Source: Anaerolineae bacterium (lineage in GTDB: Bacteria > Chloroflexota > Anaerolineae > JAKLPW01). From it: 64,000 nucleotides of DNA. Positions 26,313-35,278 of the stretch are shown piece by piece. The DNA lies in the NCBI GenBank assembly GCA_022013675.1, contig JAKLPW010000138.1, forward strand, positions 3,137-67,136. The letters run 5' to 3'. The notes beneath the pieces were generated by a model, which saw nothing but the letters and a program-made list of their open reading frames with translations, was not told where the DNA came from and did not search any database. Position 1 is the first letter of the stretch. Every line of letters begins with the position of its first letter. The position numbers were made by a program, and so were the translations under genes.

Positions 26313-27788
26313 CTATTGTGCCACTCCACCTTCTGGGCACACGGATACCAGCAGACGTGAGCCCGATTGCCGTACGATTTCTCCCGGCAGCCCTTCGTGC
26401 CACGTATTCGTGGTGGTGAGCACAAAGGCACAACCCGTGTCCAATTGGGCCAGGCGGTCTCGCAGATCTTTCTCTCCGCCGCTAACTATTGTGACAAGTC
26501 GTTCCGCATAGAAGAGATCGGCGGGCATGACAAAGTCATTCATGCCCTCGTAGCTCAGAACCACATCGTCCTGCTCCACCCGATAGGGAATCGCCGAGGC
26601 GACGTACTTGTACTTCGCAGATCCATCTCTCGGGCTGGGTAACCTGGGATTGAGCAACAGCATAGCCACCAGGACGAAAGCCCACCCGTAGCGCCTTCCC
26701 AGCACCTTCTCAACAAAGGCAGCAACCATGAGAGTCAGGGCAGGATAGACGATCACGATGTACCAGCCAATCTTGGTCTGCACAAGGCTGAACAGACACA
26801 AGGGCAACAGAATCCAGGCCAGGACGAAAAGGGCCGCCCGGTCGCGTTTCCACAAAATGCGATAGATGGAATACGCCAGGGCAGGGATCATGAGCCAGCA
26901 CCAGAAAGGGAACCCCTTGCAGATATTGCGCAGGTAGTAGGCAGCGTCTTGCAGGTGATACTGCTCGTCCAGAGTCCGCATCGAGCGTCCCAGCAGATGC
27001 TTGCCCACGTACACGTCAAGGAACTCCTTACCATGAATCGCTACCTGGCCCGCGTGCCACGGCAAAGCTATCATCACGGCCAGAAGAAGCCCCACCCATA
27101 GCTGCCATCGGCCAAGACCGCGACTGCCTTGAGTGAGCAAACTCAGCAGCGCGACGATGACCCAGGGAAGCAAAGCCACAACGCTCTTGGTCATCAGCCC
27201 CACGCCCACAGGCACGCCCATCCACAACAGATACTTGGGGCGTTCCAATCCCAGCCAGCCGAGATATATAGCCACCACGATGGTAAAGGTCAAAGGGACG
27301 TCCATCTGCCCAATACGTGAGAGACTCAGAAAGTTATATCCGTGACTATAGGCCAGGTTGTTGACTCCCAGGAGCAACACTCCCGCAGCAAGCCCCACGC
27401 GACGGCTGTAAAGCCGGACCCCAACGAAGTAGGTGCCCAGAACGACCCCTATCCCCGACATCGCCGCCCAGAAACGAGCAGCGAATTCGCTGACTCCGAA
27501 GACCTTGTAAGCCATCACGGTGAGCCAGATGTAGAGGGGGGGCTTCTCCAGGAACGGAACCCCGTTGCGATGTAGGGTGAACACGTCCTTGGTCCACACC
27601 ATCTCCCGGGCCACCTGAGCATAGGTTGCCTCGTCCCAATTGAAAAGGCTTCCCTCTCCCAGCTTCCAGAACATCAGGGCGGCAGCCAGCAGGCCCAGGC
27701 CCAAGGGCGGCAAGAGATGGCGCAGCTTCACACGCCAACCAATCTCTCTCTCCCACGTTCCTTCCACCAGATCTAGGATACTCATCAC
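26313..27788 (-). CDS. GT39/GT83-like (ArnT/PMT-type) GT-C membrane glycosyltransferase
   Basis: SLFNWDEATYAQVAREMV...FLEKPPLYIWL...FAARFWAAMSGIGVVLGTYFVG. Confidence 0.75.
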   Translation of the reverse strand: MMSILDLVEGTWEREIGWRVKLRHLLPPLGLGLLAAALMFWKLGEGSLFNWDEATYAQVAREMVWTKDVFTLHRNGVPFLEKPPLYIWLTVMAYKVFGVSEFAARFWAAMSGIGVVLGTYFVGVRLYSRRVGLAAGVLLLGVNNLAYSHGYNFLSLSRIGQMDVPLTFTIVVAIYLGWLGLERPKYLLWMGVPVGVGLMTKSVVALLPWVIVALLSLLTQGSRGLGRWQLWVGLLLAVMIALPWHAGQVAIHGKEFLDVYVGKHLLGRSMRTLDEQYHLQDAAYYLRNICKGFPFWCWLMIPALAYSIYRILWKRDRAALFVLAWILLPLCLFSLVQTKIGWYIVIVYPALTLMVAAFVEKVLGRRYGWAFVLVAMLLLNPRLPSPRDGSAKYKYVASAIPYRVEQDDVVLSYEGMNDFVMPADLFYAERLVTIVSGGEKDLRDRLAQLDTGCAFVLTTTNTWHEGLPGEIVRQSGSRLLVSVCPEGGVAQ

Positions 27789-27820
27789 AGCCCTCTACAT
27801 CGTTGTGCCTGCGCCATCCC

Positions 27821-28016
27821 CATTGGCAAAGGTCTCCCGACCGCGCTCCGTTGCCGAAGATCTCCCGACCGCCCCCCGTTGCCGAAGGTCTCCCGACCGC
27901 CCCCCGTTGCCGAAGGTCTCCCGACCGCGCCCCGTTGGCAAAGGTCTCCCGACCGCGCCCCGTTGGCAAAGGTCTCCCGACCGCGCCCCGTTGGCAAAGG
28001 TCTCCCGACCGCGCCC
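27821..28016. repeat. Tandem array C: 7 x 28-bp units cgttggcaaaGGTCTCCCGACCgcgccc
   Basis: Units start at 27821, 27849, 27877, 27905, 27933, 27961 and 27989. Units 5-7 are identical; units 2-4 form a cgttgccgaag subtype. The 18-mer gcgcagcaagcagcgccc follows at 28026-28043. Confidence 0.95.
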
Positions 28017-28064
28017 TACCACAGAGCGCAGCAAGCAGCGCCCCCAACGAGGATTTCCGACTAT

Positions 28065-28256
28065 CTAGAACAGCGTATATATAAACGCTGCCAACGGCGA
28101 AGCCTCGGTGATAAACACCAACAGAGCCAGCAGGACTACCAGCACAACAATGGGCGCCAGCCACCACCGCTTGCGTCGCTTCAGGAACAGGAAAAACTCT
28201 TTGATAAACTTCCCGAAATCGGCAAATATGTACAGTTTTTTCATCATGGGTTCCAT
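28065..28256 (-). CDS. DUF5989-like small membrane protein
   Basis: ...FGKFIKEFFLFLKRRKRWWLAPIVVLVVLLALLVFITEASPLAAFIYTLF. The basic patch, single TM and C-terminal (F)IYTLF are typical of DUF5989 proteins next to carbamoyltransferases. Confidence 0.65.
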   Translation of the reverse strand: MEPMMKKLYIFADFGKFIKEFFLFLKRRKRWWLAPIVVLVVLLALLVFITEASPLAAFIYTLF

Positions 28257-28309
28257 TCACCCCTTTCTTCTGGCACCACTGAGGTGCTGTTTACACTATC
28301 TCCATCTCG

Positions 28310-29506
28310 CTATGGCGAGACGAGCAGATCACTTCCCCTCAACGCCTGGTACAGCGACTCGGCCACCAGCCGATGCCCCTCCTCACTGAAGTGAGCCATA
28401 TCTACAAACAGGCCAGAAACTTTAGCTTCAGAAAGAACGGGTCTGGGATCAACGTAGAAGGTACCGCGCTCATGAGCATAGTCACTCAATCTCTCCTCCG
28501 GAACCGGCGGTCCACTGCGCTGCAACTGATACTGCCAGGGAAGCAGAACAACGGCCCAAGGCACGCCTGTTTTCTCTGATAGAGATTCAAAATCATCCCA
28601 CTGTTTCGCCAACCACTGCCACTCAACAGTGTCGTAACTAGCTAGTTTAGCATCCATCTCCTGGTACTGTTGTCGCAACTCGCCCTGTATCGGATCACGT
28701 ATCCCTAGAGTCTTGAGCAGAGCATCGTAGCGCCGAACCAGGAAGCTATAGAACGCGGAGTGCTCTCGCAGAAATCCCTTGAAGGGAATCGGCAACCGTC
28801 CCCTTGCTTCCTCACCAGGCGATTCCTGTAGAGTCGAAGAGAGCGTATCCTCACCCCCTACACCCCCAGGATTGGGGATCATCTCCTCAGGCAACCCACC
28901 CAACGTCTCCAGCGTGTGGGCATCCACGTGTCGGCGTGGATCATCCACATCATTGACACAGAAGCCGACGATGACCAAATCGGGATCAAGGGCCACACCC
29001 ACATTGCACCAGGTAGCCAATTCCTGATATGTGTTGTAACCACTGACTCCCGCGTTGATGACCTGAAAGCGAAGCCCCGCCTCCGCGCTCTCATTGAGCA
29101 ACTCTTCCAACACCTTGGGGTAGGTTTGCCCCAGATTCATGGCAGGCCCGAAGGTCATGGAATCCCCTAGCATCAGGATGCGAAAGACCCCTTCCGGTTT
29201 CTCCTCAGGGAACTCCTCGTCCCGGAACCCCAAGGAGTTGATGGCATAGAGCGCGTGGCGCGAGCCGGAATCGAGTTCCAGGCGAGCACCAGGCCGGAGT
29301 TCGTACACCCGTTGCGGATCGTCGCTGATCTGATGCAATCCCTTAAAATCGAGGATGCCCTCAGGATTGATCATTACCAATCGGGTGCTCTCATCCAGTT
29401 TCAGTATCCGAGTCACAACCTCGCCAAAGGCAAGGAAGATCCCGACGCTGATCAACAGCGCCAGCAGACTCATCAAGTAGGATCTGGACTTGTCACTTTC
29501 CATCAT
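28310..29506 (-). CDS. SGNH/GDSL-family hydrolase (membrane-anchored)
   Basis: N-terminal TM. FRILMLGDSMTFG (block I), NAGVSGYNT (II), VGFCVNDVDD (III), DMAHFSEEGHRLVA (V). Confidence 0.75.
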   Translation of the reverse strand: MMESDKSRSYLMSLLALLISVGIFLAFGEVVTRILKLDESTRLVMINPEGILDFKGLHQISDDPQRVYELRPGARLELDSGSRHALYAINSLGFRDEEFPEEKPEGVFRILMLGDSMTFGPAMNLGQTYPKVLEELLNESAEAGLRFQVINAGVSGYNTYQELATWCNVGVALDPDLVIVGFCVNDVDDPRRHVDAHTLETLGGLPEEMIPNPGGVGGEDTLSSTLQESPGEEARGRLPIPFKGFLREHSAFYSFLVRRYDALLKTLGIRDPIQGELRQQYQEMDAKLASYDTVEWQWLAKQWDDFESLSEKTGVPWAVVLLPWQYQLQRSGPPVPEERLSDYAHERGTFYVDPRPVLSEAKVSGLFVDMAHFSEEGHRLVAESLYQALRGSDLLVSP

Positions 29507-29528
29507 CGCTTCCTAAGTATCGCCCCAC

Positions 29529-29640
29529 CGTTGGCGAAGATCTCCCGACCGAGCTCATCGTTGGCGAAGGTCTCCTGACCGAGTCGGTTGGGCGACCACA
29601 TCCTAACCGACCGAGCCGTTGGGCGCAGCAAGCAGCGCCC
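29529..29640. repeat. Array D: 2 good plus 2 degenerate units of the GGTCTCC(C/T)GACC family, ending in the hairpin GGGCGC-agcaagca-GCGCCC
   Basis: cgttggcgaagatctcccgaccgagctcat / cgttggcgaaggtctcctgaccgagtcg / degenerate unit / cgttgggcgcagcaagcagcgccc. The array abuts the carbamoyltransferase stop codon (29641-29643). Confidence 0.85.
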
Positions 29641-31332
29641 CTATGCGATCCCGTTCTTCCGAATCACGAAACGGTCCATGACCAATACATCAATGCCCGT
29701 GCCGGCAAAGCAGCGGTAGGCATTCTCCGGCGTACAGACGATTGGCTCGCCGCGCACATTGAAGGACGTATTGATGAGCACCGGAGTACCAGTGATCTTC
29801 TCGAACTCCACTATCAGATCGTAGTAGATCCCGTTGTGTTCCTTCGTAACCGTCTGCGGTCGAGCAGTCCCATCCACATGAGTCACGGAAGGAATCTCAG
29901 CTCGCTTCTCCTCCCTCACCTCGGAGAGAATCACCATAAAAGGCATTGGATAATCCGGTTTGAGATACTCCCCTACCTTCTCCCGCAGCAACACCGGCGC
30001 AAAGGGCCGGAAATCCTCACGATGTTTCACTCTATCATTCAGGATGTCCTTCATATCCGGGTCACACGGGTTCGCCAGGATGCTACGGCTGCCCAAGGCC
30101 CGCGGCCCAAACTCCATCCGTCCCTGGAACCAACCCACAATGAGGCTATCGGCGATCATCTGTGCTGTGAGCGGCAGAAGTTCCTCGATATCATACTCCT
30201 CATACGAAATGCCCTCCTTATCCAGAAAAGCGCGCACCTCTTCCGTGGTGAAAGAGGGGCCCAGATAGGCATCGTTCATGACGTGAACGCGAGGTTTGTC
30301 CAGGAGCATGTTCCAGATGTAAGCAGCCACTCCGACTGAACCGCCGTCGTCACCCGCAGCGGGCTGGACCCAGATGTCCTTGAAAGGAGTCTCACTCAGA
30401 ATACGCCCGTTGGCTACGCAATTGAGCGCCACGCCTCCGGCCATGCAGAGAGCGTCCGCATGAGTCAATTCATACAGATGGTTGGCTGCGTTGAGAAGCG
30501 CCTCCTCCAGCACCAACTGCACGCTGGCTGCCAGATCCATGTTCTGCTGCGAGATCTCCGATTCAGGCTTGCGTGGTTCACCAAACTCCTGCCGGAACTT
30601 GTCGCTGAGCATAGTGAGACCGTAGTGATAGGCGAAGTAGCTCATATCGAGCCGGTAGCTGCCATCGGGTCGAATGTCGATCACCTTTTTGAGAGCGTCA
30701 TAGTACGTGGGCTTTCCGTAGGAAGCCAAGCCCATGACCTTGTACTCGTCGTTGTTCACTTTGAACCCCAGGTGCGCTGTGACGGCGGAGTAGAAGAGTC
30801 CCAGGGAATGGGGGTAGCGGATCTCTTTCATGATCTCGACCTTGTTACCCCGCCCTACCCCGTAGGTGGTAGTACTCCATTCTCCAACGCCGTCAGTAGT
30901 AAGGATCGCCGCCTCCTCGAAAGGCGAGAAGAGAAAAGCGCTGGCCGCATGGGACATGTGGTGATCTGTGAAAAGTACCTTTCCGTTGTAATCCAACTCG
31001 CGCCTGATCAGCGACGGGATCCAGAGTTTCTGGCCCAACCAAAGTGGCATGGCCTTCAAGTAAGCCCCAAAGGAGCGCGGGAAAGTGGCCATGTACGAGA
31101 AAAGAATGCGCTCGAACTTGATCAAGGGCTTCTCATAGAACCCGACGTAGTCTACCTCGTCAATGCTGATATTCCCCTCGCGCAGACAATACTCGATAGC
31201 ATTGATGGGGAAGTCGAAGTCATGTTTCTTGCGGGTGAAGCGTTCCTCTTCGGCAGCAGCAACTACCCTACCGTCTTTCATGAGACAGGCCGCCGCATCG
31301 TGGTAGAAACAGGAAATCCCAAGGATATTCAT
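29641..31332 (-). CDS. Carbamoyltransferase (NodU/CmcH family)
   Basis: MNILGISCFYHDAAACLMKDGRVVAAAEEERFTRKKHD... at the N-terminus, 563 aa, with C-terminal ...PVLINTSFNVRGEPIVCTP. Confidence 0.9.
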   Translation of the reverse strand: MNILGISCFYHDAAACLMKDGRVVAAAEEERFTRKKHDFDFPINAIEYCLREGNISIDEVDYVGFYEKPLIKFERILFSYMATFPRSFGAYLKAMPLWLGQKLWIPSLIRRELDYNGKVLFTDHHMSHAASAFLFSPFEEAAILTTDGVGEWSTTTYGVGRGNKVEIMKEIRYPHSLGLFYSAVTAHLGFKVNNDEYKVMGLASYGKPTYYDALKKVIDIRPDGSYRLDMSYFAYHYGLTMLSDKFRQEFGEPRKPESEISQQNMDLAASVQLVLEEALLNAANHLYELTHADALCMAGGVALNCVANGRILSETPFKDIWVQPAAGDDGGSVGVAAYIWNMLLDKPRVHVMNDAYLGPSFTTEEVRAFLDKEGISYEEYDIEELLPLTAQMIADSLIVGWFQGRMEFGPRALGSRSILANPCDPDMKDILNDRVKHREDFRPFAPVLLREKVGEYLKPDYPMPFMVILSEVREEKRAEIPSVTHVDGTARPQTVTKEHNGIYYDLIVEFEKITGTPVLINTSFNVRGEPIVCTPENAYRCFAGTGIDVLVMDRFVIRKNGIA

Positions 31333-31391
31333 AGAGCGTTAACCTCCGCGTTTGATGATATAAGTGACTCTCGCCTGATCAAAATCCGGCG

Positions 31392-31634
31392 TCAGGACTG
31401 TCGCAAACAGTCCTCGAGATCCGCCTCCCTCCTCTCCCACTGGTGCCAGACCGACGGCGCGGTAGGACAGGGACGCATATCCAGTAAGTCTTTACCGGCC
31501 ACCATCGCGATAAGAGCCGTTATTCCAAAGAGCGTGAAGTAGACGATGCTGAGCAAAACGGTGTTAACTACTCTTCCCCATGCCCTGGCGACTGTCTTCA
31601 AGCCCTCCCAAATCGCTCCCAGAACCTCTTTCAC
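31392..31634 (-). CDS. SxtJ-like small membrane protein (short form)
   Basis: GTG start preceded by aaggaggg. WGRVVNTVLLSIVYFTLFGITALIAMVAGKDLLDMR...SVWHQWERR resembles the C-terminal half of SxtJ-family proteins, which precede carbamoyltransferases. Confidence 0.55.
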   Translation of the reverse strand: MKEVLGAIWEGLKTVARAWGRVVNTVLLSIVYFTLFGITALIAMVAGKDLLDMRPCPTAPSVWHQWERREADLEDCLRQS

Positions 31635-31735
31635 GTTGAAAAACCCTCCTTCTTAGAGTGTTGAACATCAACTGTTGGTCAATATCCAGCTATCGGCACT
31701 ACTAAATACTGCTCTCAAATGGCAAACTCTTGCAG

Positions 31736-33700
31736 TCACTCCACTATCTCATAGACGAATAATCGATCCACCAGGTATGCCTTCTGCGTACACCCTGCGA
31801 TCAACTCCGTCGTCGGTACGAGGGGCGACGGGGGCACATCCCGCAACAGCCGATCACCGTAGTAGACAGGCTCATCGTCAGTGGTCAATACAAGACGTAA
31901 CCCACTGCTGTCATCCAGTTGGCGCTTCATCTCGGGCCACCCATCTCCGTACCACGCGCTGCCAACCTGCGCGTAGCGCACGTCCCAACTTCGCAAGAGA
32001 TCCAGGCTGTCTGCGTCAGGGAATCCGCGTAACACATCGTCTGCCTCGCGGAACGCCTTGGGCAAGAAGGTACCGTAGCCATAGGCTATCGCCTTTCCGT
32101 GCGTTATACTGCGGTAGAGCTGCTCCCCATACCAGCTTCGATCCAGAGGGTACTGGATCACTGCGCCGTCCTCAGCCTCCTCCGAAAGCCAGCGATCCAC
32201 CGGCTGCGGCTTTACAGTAGAATAGCCAAAAGCATAGGGCAAAACGGCAAAATCGAACAGGATCAGCGATATGGCCAACAGATAGATGTAGCTGCGCCGT
32301 GACTTGGACCCGATACCCCCTCTCTGCGCAGACAGTCCCATCCAACGGGAGATCCCCATGCCCGCCATCACCGCTACCACGCACGAGGTCACCAGGCCAA
32401 AGCGCGCCCAGACGCGCATGCTATTGGCGAAGGGAAGAAAGAGATAGACCAACAACCCTGGCATGGGTACCGGAACAGCTCCAGGCCGTACCATAGCATA
32501 GTAGGACACCTTGTTCAGCGCCAGCTTGCCGGTCAGCACATACATTCCCTTGTGGAACAGATCTGCCAACGCCCCAGGAAGCGCAATGTAGACCGGGTCA
32601 GGGCCCAGGTGGAGCGTTGTTCCCAGGGCCAGCACCAGGAAGACCCCCCCTAACCAGAGATAGGCGCGCTTCACTGGCCCAGACTCCTCAAGTCGCCATC
32701 CCATTACCGCCAGCAACAGAGGCACGAGACCCCAATAAAGCAGGTTCTCGTGCACATTCTGGGGCCAACGAGCCATGATCGAGCTTCCCCAGAACGGATG
32801 CATGGCACTGGGGAGCACGAAGTCCAGCAGGCCGGCCGACCACTGATCCACATAGTTCAGCGAAAGCGAAGCGTGAGCCGTCTCACCCTGAGCTGAGAGC
32901 TGCAGCAAAGGCCAGGCTGCCGGGACTACCAGTAGACCAGCGACCACCAAGAAGATGGCTCCTCCTAGAAACCTTCGGCGGTTCAGCCAGCCTCGTTGCC
33001 AGGGCTTCGCGCGTACCAGAACGTAAATCGCCACCACCAGTCCATACATGTAGGCGTAGTACCAGGACGAGAGAGCGCCCAAAGCGTAGAACAGACCGGC
33101 CCAGACTGCATCGCTACGCCGGCAGTCCCGCACCCAACGTTCAGTGGCCCACAGAAGCAAAGGTAGCCACTGAGTGCCCATGAGGGGGAGATGACCGGCC
33201 CCCAGATGCGCCATGCGGTAGGGAGTAAACGCAAAGATGGCTCCACTGAGCATCCCCGCTCCCTTGCTTCCCGTCAGGTCACGGACCAGCAGATACATGC
33301 CGTATCCCGAGAGCACGAAGGAGATCAAGACAGCGATGTTGTAGGCCACAACCTCCCCCAAAAGGGCCGTCACCGGAAGCACCGGGAGGATGTTCGACAG
33401 AGTTGTCTCCGACAGTGCTACGTGATATCCAAAGGGGTAGAAAACCTGCGGGATAAAAAAAGGCGATGTCCCCTCTTCTAGCAGCGCATGTTCAAACCAG
33501 TATACTTTGTAAAGGTACTCGAAATTATCCCCTGGTGGCCCCATGATGGCCGTGCTCAGATGGAGTACCAGCGGGTAGGTCATGATCAGACTCAGTATTG
33601 TAAAGATAAACAGAGGATGGGTCAAAACCAACCAGCCACGATGGCATAGAGAGCCATGTTCTGCACTCAGCATTTCAGTCTGCATCCCGCGCTCTGTCAT
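31736..33700 (-). CDS. Large polytopic membrane protein, GT-C-like candidate; paralog of 4660-6648
   Basis: 654 aa, alignable by eye with 4660-6648 along the whole length. ATGA overlap with the upstream stop (33697-33700). Confidence 0.55.
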   Translation of the reverse strand: MTERGMQTEMLSAEHGSLCHRGWLVLTHPLFIFTILSLIMTYPLVLHLSTAIMGPPGDNFEYLYKVYWFEHALLEEGTSPFFIPQVFYPFGYHVALSETTLSNILPVLPVTALLGEVVAYNIAVLISFVLSGYGMYLLVRDLTGSKGAGMLSGAIFAFTPYRMAHLGAGHLPLMGTQWLPLLLWATERWVRDCRRSDAVWAGLFYALGALSSWYYAYMYGLVVAIYVLVRAKPWQRGWLNRRRFLGGAIFLVVAGLLVVPAAWPLLQLSAQGETAHASLSLNYVDQWSAGLLDFVLPSAMHPFWGSSIMARWPQNVHENLLYWGLVPLLLAVMGWRLEESGPVKRAYLWLGGVFLVLALGTTLHLGPDPVYIALPGALADLFHKGMYVLTGKLALNKVSYYAMVRPGAVPVPMPGLLVYLFLPFANSMRVWARFGLVTSCVVAVMAGMGISRWMGLSAQRGGIGSKSRRSYIYLLAISLILFDFAVLPYAFGYSTVKPQPVDRWLSEEAEDGAVIQYPLDRSWYGEQLYRSITHGKAIAYGYGTFLPKAFREADDVLRGFPDADSLDLLRSWDVRYAQVGSAWYGDGWPEMKRQLDDSSGLRLVLTTDDEPVYYGDRLLRDVPPSPLVPTTELIAGCTQKAYLVDRLFVYEIVE

Positions 33701-35196
33701 CCCTTCGCCTTTTCCGCCCGGTACATCACCAGATCAACGCTACCGGTGAAGTGCACCTCTCCCACGCACACCAGGTCATGACGAGCATTCAGAGCCTTTT
33801 CCATTCCTCGATTGAGCGTGTGGCTGAAGACCAACCAGACGTTCTCGTAGCCTGAAGCAGCCTCCGCCGCCAGAGCAGTCAACTCACCTTCATCGGTCAG
33901 GCCCCGCCACACCAGCCGCATCTCCGTGTCCCGCTGATAGTAATGACGCAAGGGTATCACGGCATCCGCATCCACAACGAAGATCAGATCGTTGGCTCCT
34001 ACGGAAACCTCCAGGTAATGCGCCAGGCCACGCCAGTCCTCCTTCTGTTGCTTCTGATACATGGTCTGGAGCGAACGCGCCGAAACAAGGAAAATCGCTC
34101 CAGCGAGGATTACCCTCCACGCGAGAGGCCTAACCCTCGACACCCCCCGGCCCATCAGAATGACGAACGGTGGCAGGAACGGGAGTAAGTAACGGAGCAC
34201 GTACATATTGCGTACCTGCGAAATGACGAAGATTGTGCCCAGAGGCACTAGCAGGTAGAGCAGACAGAAGATGACCTCCTCGTCAAAGGGAAAACGCAAC
34301 ACGACCCCCTCCCGACTGATCTTCAAAGAGGCAATGCCCATCAGGATGGCGATAGCTGCGGCCAGAGTTCCTCCCCAGATCCATGCTCGTCCACCCCCGA
34401 AGGTAGTGCCGAAGCTGAAGGCTACGAAAGTGTCCAGCAGGTCGCGCAGCCCCGTGCTGCCGTAGCGAACGTCAATCCAGGCCCACCATCCCTGTTGCTG
34501 CTGGTTGACCAACCCCCAGAGCAACGGCAGCGCCAGGACCCCGGCAACGGCTTCCACGCCCAGCCAACTCCAGAACCTTCTCTTGCTGATCTGCCGCGTA
34601 CCCAGCAAGTAGAGAACGTAAACACCCTGAGACAGGATGACGAATGCGGCGAAGGTATGCGTATACAATCCCGCTACTGCGCACAGGATGTACGCGATCC
34701 AGTCGCCTATCCTTCCCCTGCGAATTCCTCTTAGGAAGAAGTAGGACGAGAAAAGCGAGAACGCCGTCACAAGGCCATACATACGCACTTCCTGGGAATA
34801 CCAGATGTGCAAAGGGGAAAGGGCCAGCAGCGCCGCGCTCCAAAGCCCAACCCGCTTATCGAATAGCTCCCACGCCAACAGATAGACACCCGCGACGCTG
34901 CAAGCCCCAATCAACACCGAAAGTAGGCGGATAGTAAGATCCTCTCGCCCCAGCCAGAGCCAGAAGTGCAGGAGCAGGTGATACAGATTTCGATCCGTGA
35001 AGGGAGGGCCCTCCAAGCGGAAAGGGGAGAAATCCCACAGGGGTCTCGCCGCAAACGCCACGCTATATGCCTCGTCGAACCAGAAGCTCTCGGCGGTCAG
35101 ACGATAGAGTCGCAGGAACAGCGCGCCTCCTGCGATGAGAGCAGGCACGAGGGGGAAAACCTCAAGAGAAGACGCCCTCTTTTCGCTTTTCGCCAT
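33697..35196 (-). CDS. GT39-like GT-C membrane glycosyltransferase
   Basis: SFWFDEAYSVAF...LYHLLLHFWLWLG...IRLLSVLIGACSVAGVYLLAWELF...LSPLHIWYSQEVRMYGL. Confidence 0.7.
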   Translation of the reverse strand: MAKSEKRASSLEVFPLVPALIAGGALFLRLYRLTAESFWFDEAYSVAFAARPLWDFSPFRLEGPPFTDRNLYHLLLHFWLWLGREDLTIRLLSVLIGACSVAGVYLLAWELFDKRVGLWSAALLALSPLHIWYSQEVRMYGLVTAFSLFSSYFFLRGIRRGRIGDWIAYILCAVAGLYTHTFAAFVILSQGVYVLYLLGTRQISKRRFWSWLGVEAVAGVLALPLLWGLVNQQQQGWWAWIDVRYGSTGLRDLLDTFVAFSFGTTFGGGRAWIWGGTLAAAIAILMGIASLKISREGVVLRFPFDEEVIFCLLYLLVPLGTIFVISQVRNMYVLRYLLPFLPPFVILMGRGVSRVRPLAWRVILAGAIFLVSARSLQTMYQKQQKEDWRGLAHYLEVSVGANDLIFVVDADAVIPLRHYYQRDTEMRLVWRGLTDEGELTALAAEAASGYENVWLVFSHTLNRGMEKALNARHDLVCVGEVHFTGSVDLVMYRAEKAKG

Positions 35197-35278
35197 TCCT
35201 TGTACTCCCTACCAGTCCTCGGTCAAAGCCGCTCGGGCATCCGTCGCGCCGAGCCAAACATCCTGTTCTTCTGAGCTC

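Noticed and set aside
27821-28016. CRISPR array (regular 28-bp direct repeats). The same question applies to 6699-6830, 10254-10327 and 29529-29640.
   Set aside because: The whole 25-33-bp period is the repeat, and there are no unique spacers. The variable part is only ~10 bp and is itself conserved between units. The arrays have only 3-7 units, no leader, and no cas genes in 64 kb.
29621-29640. Rho-independent terminators at GC hairpins (29621-29640, 10203-10253, 57763-57778, 20671-20692).
   Set aside because: None is followed by a U-tract on the transcribed strand. I therefore did not call them terminators and treated them as possible RNA structure or processing elements.
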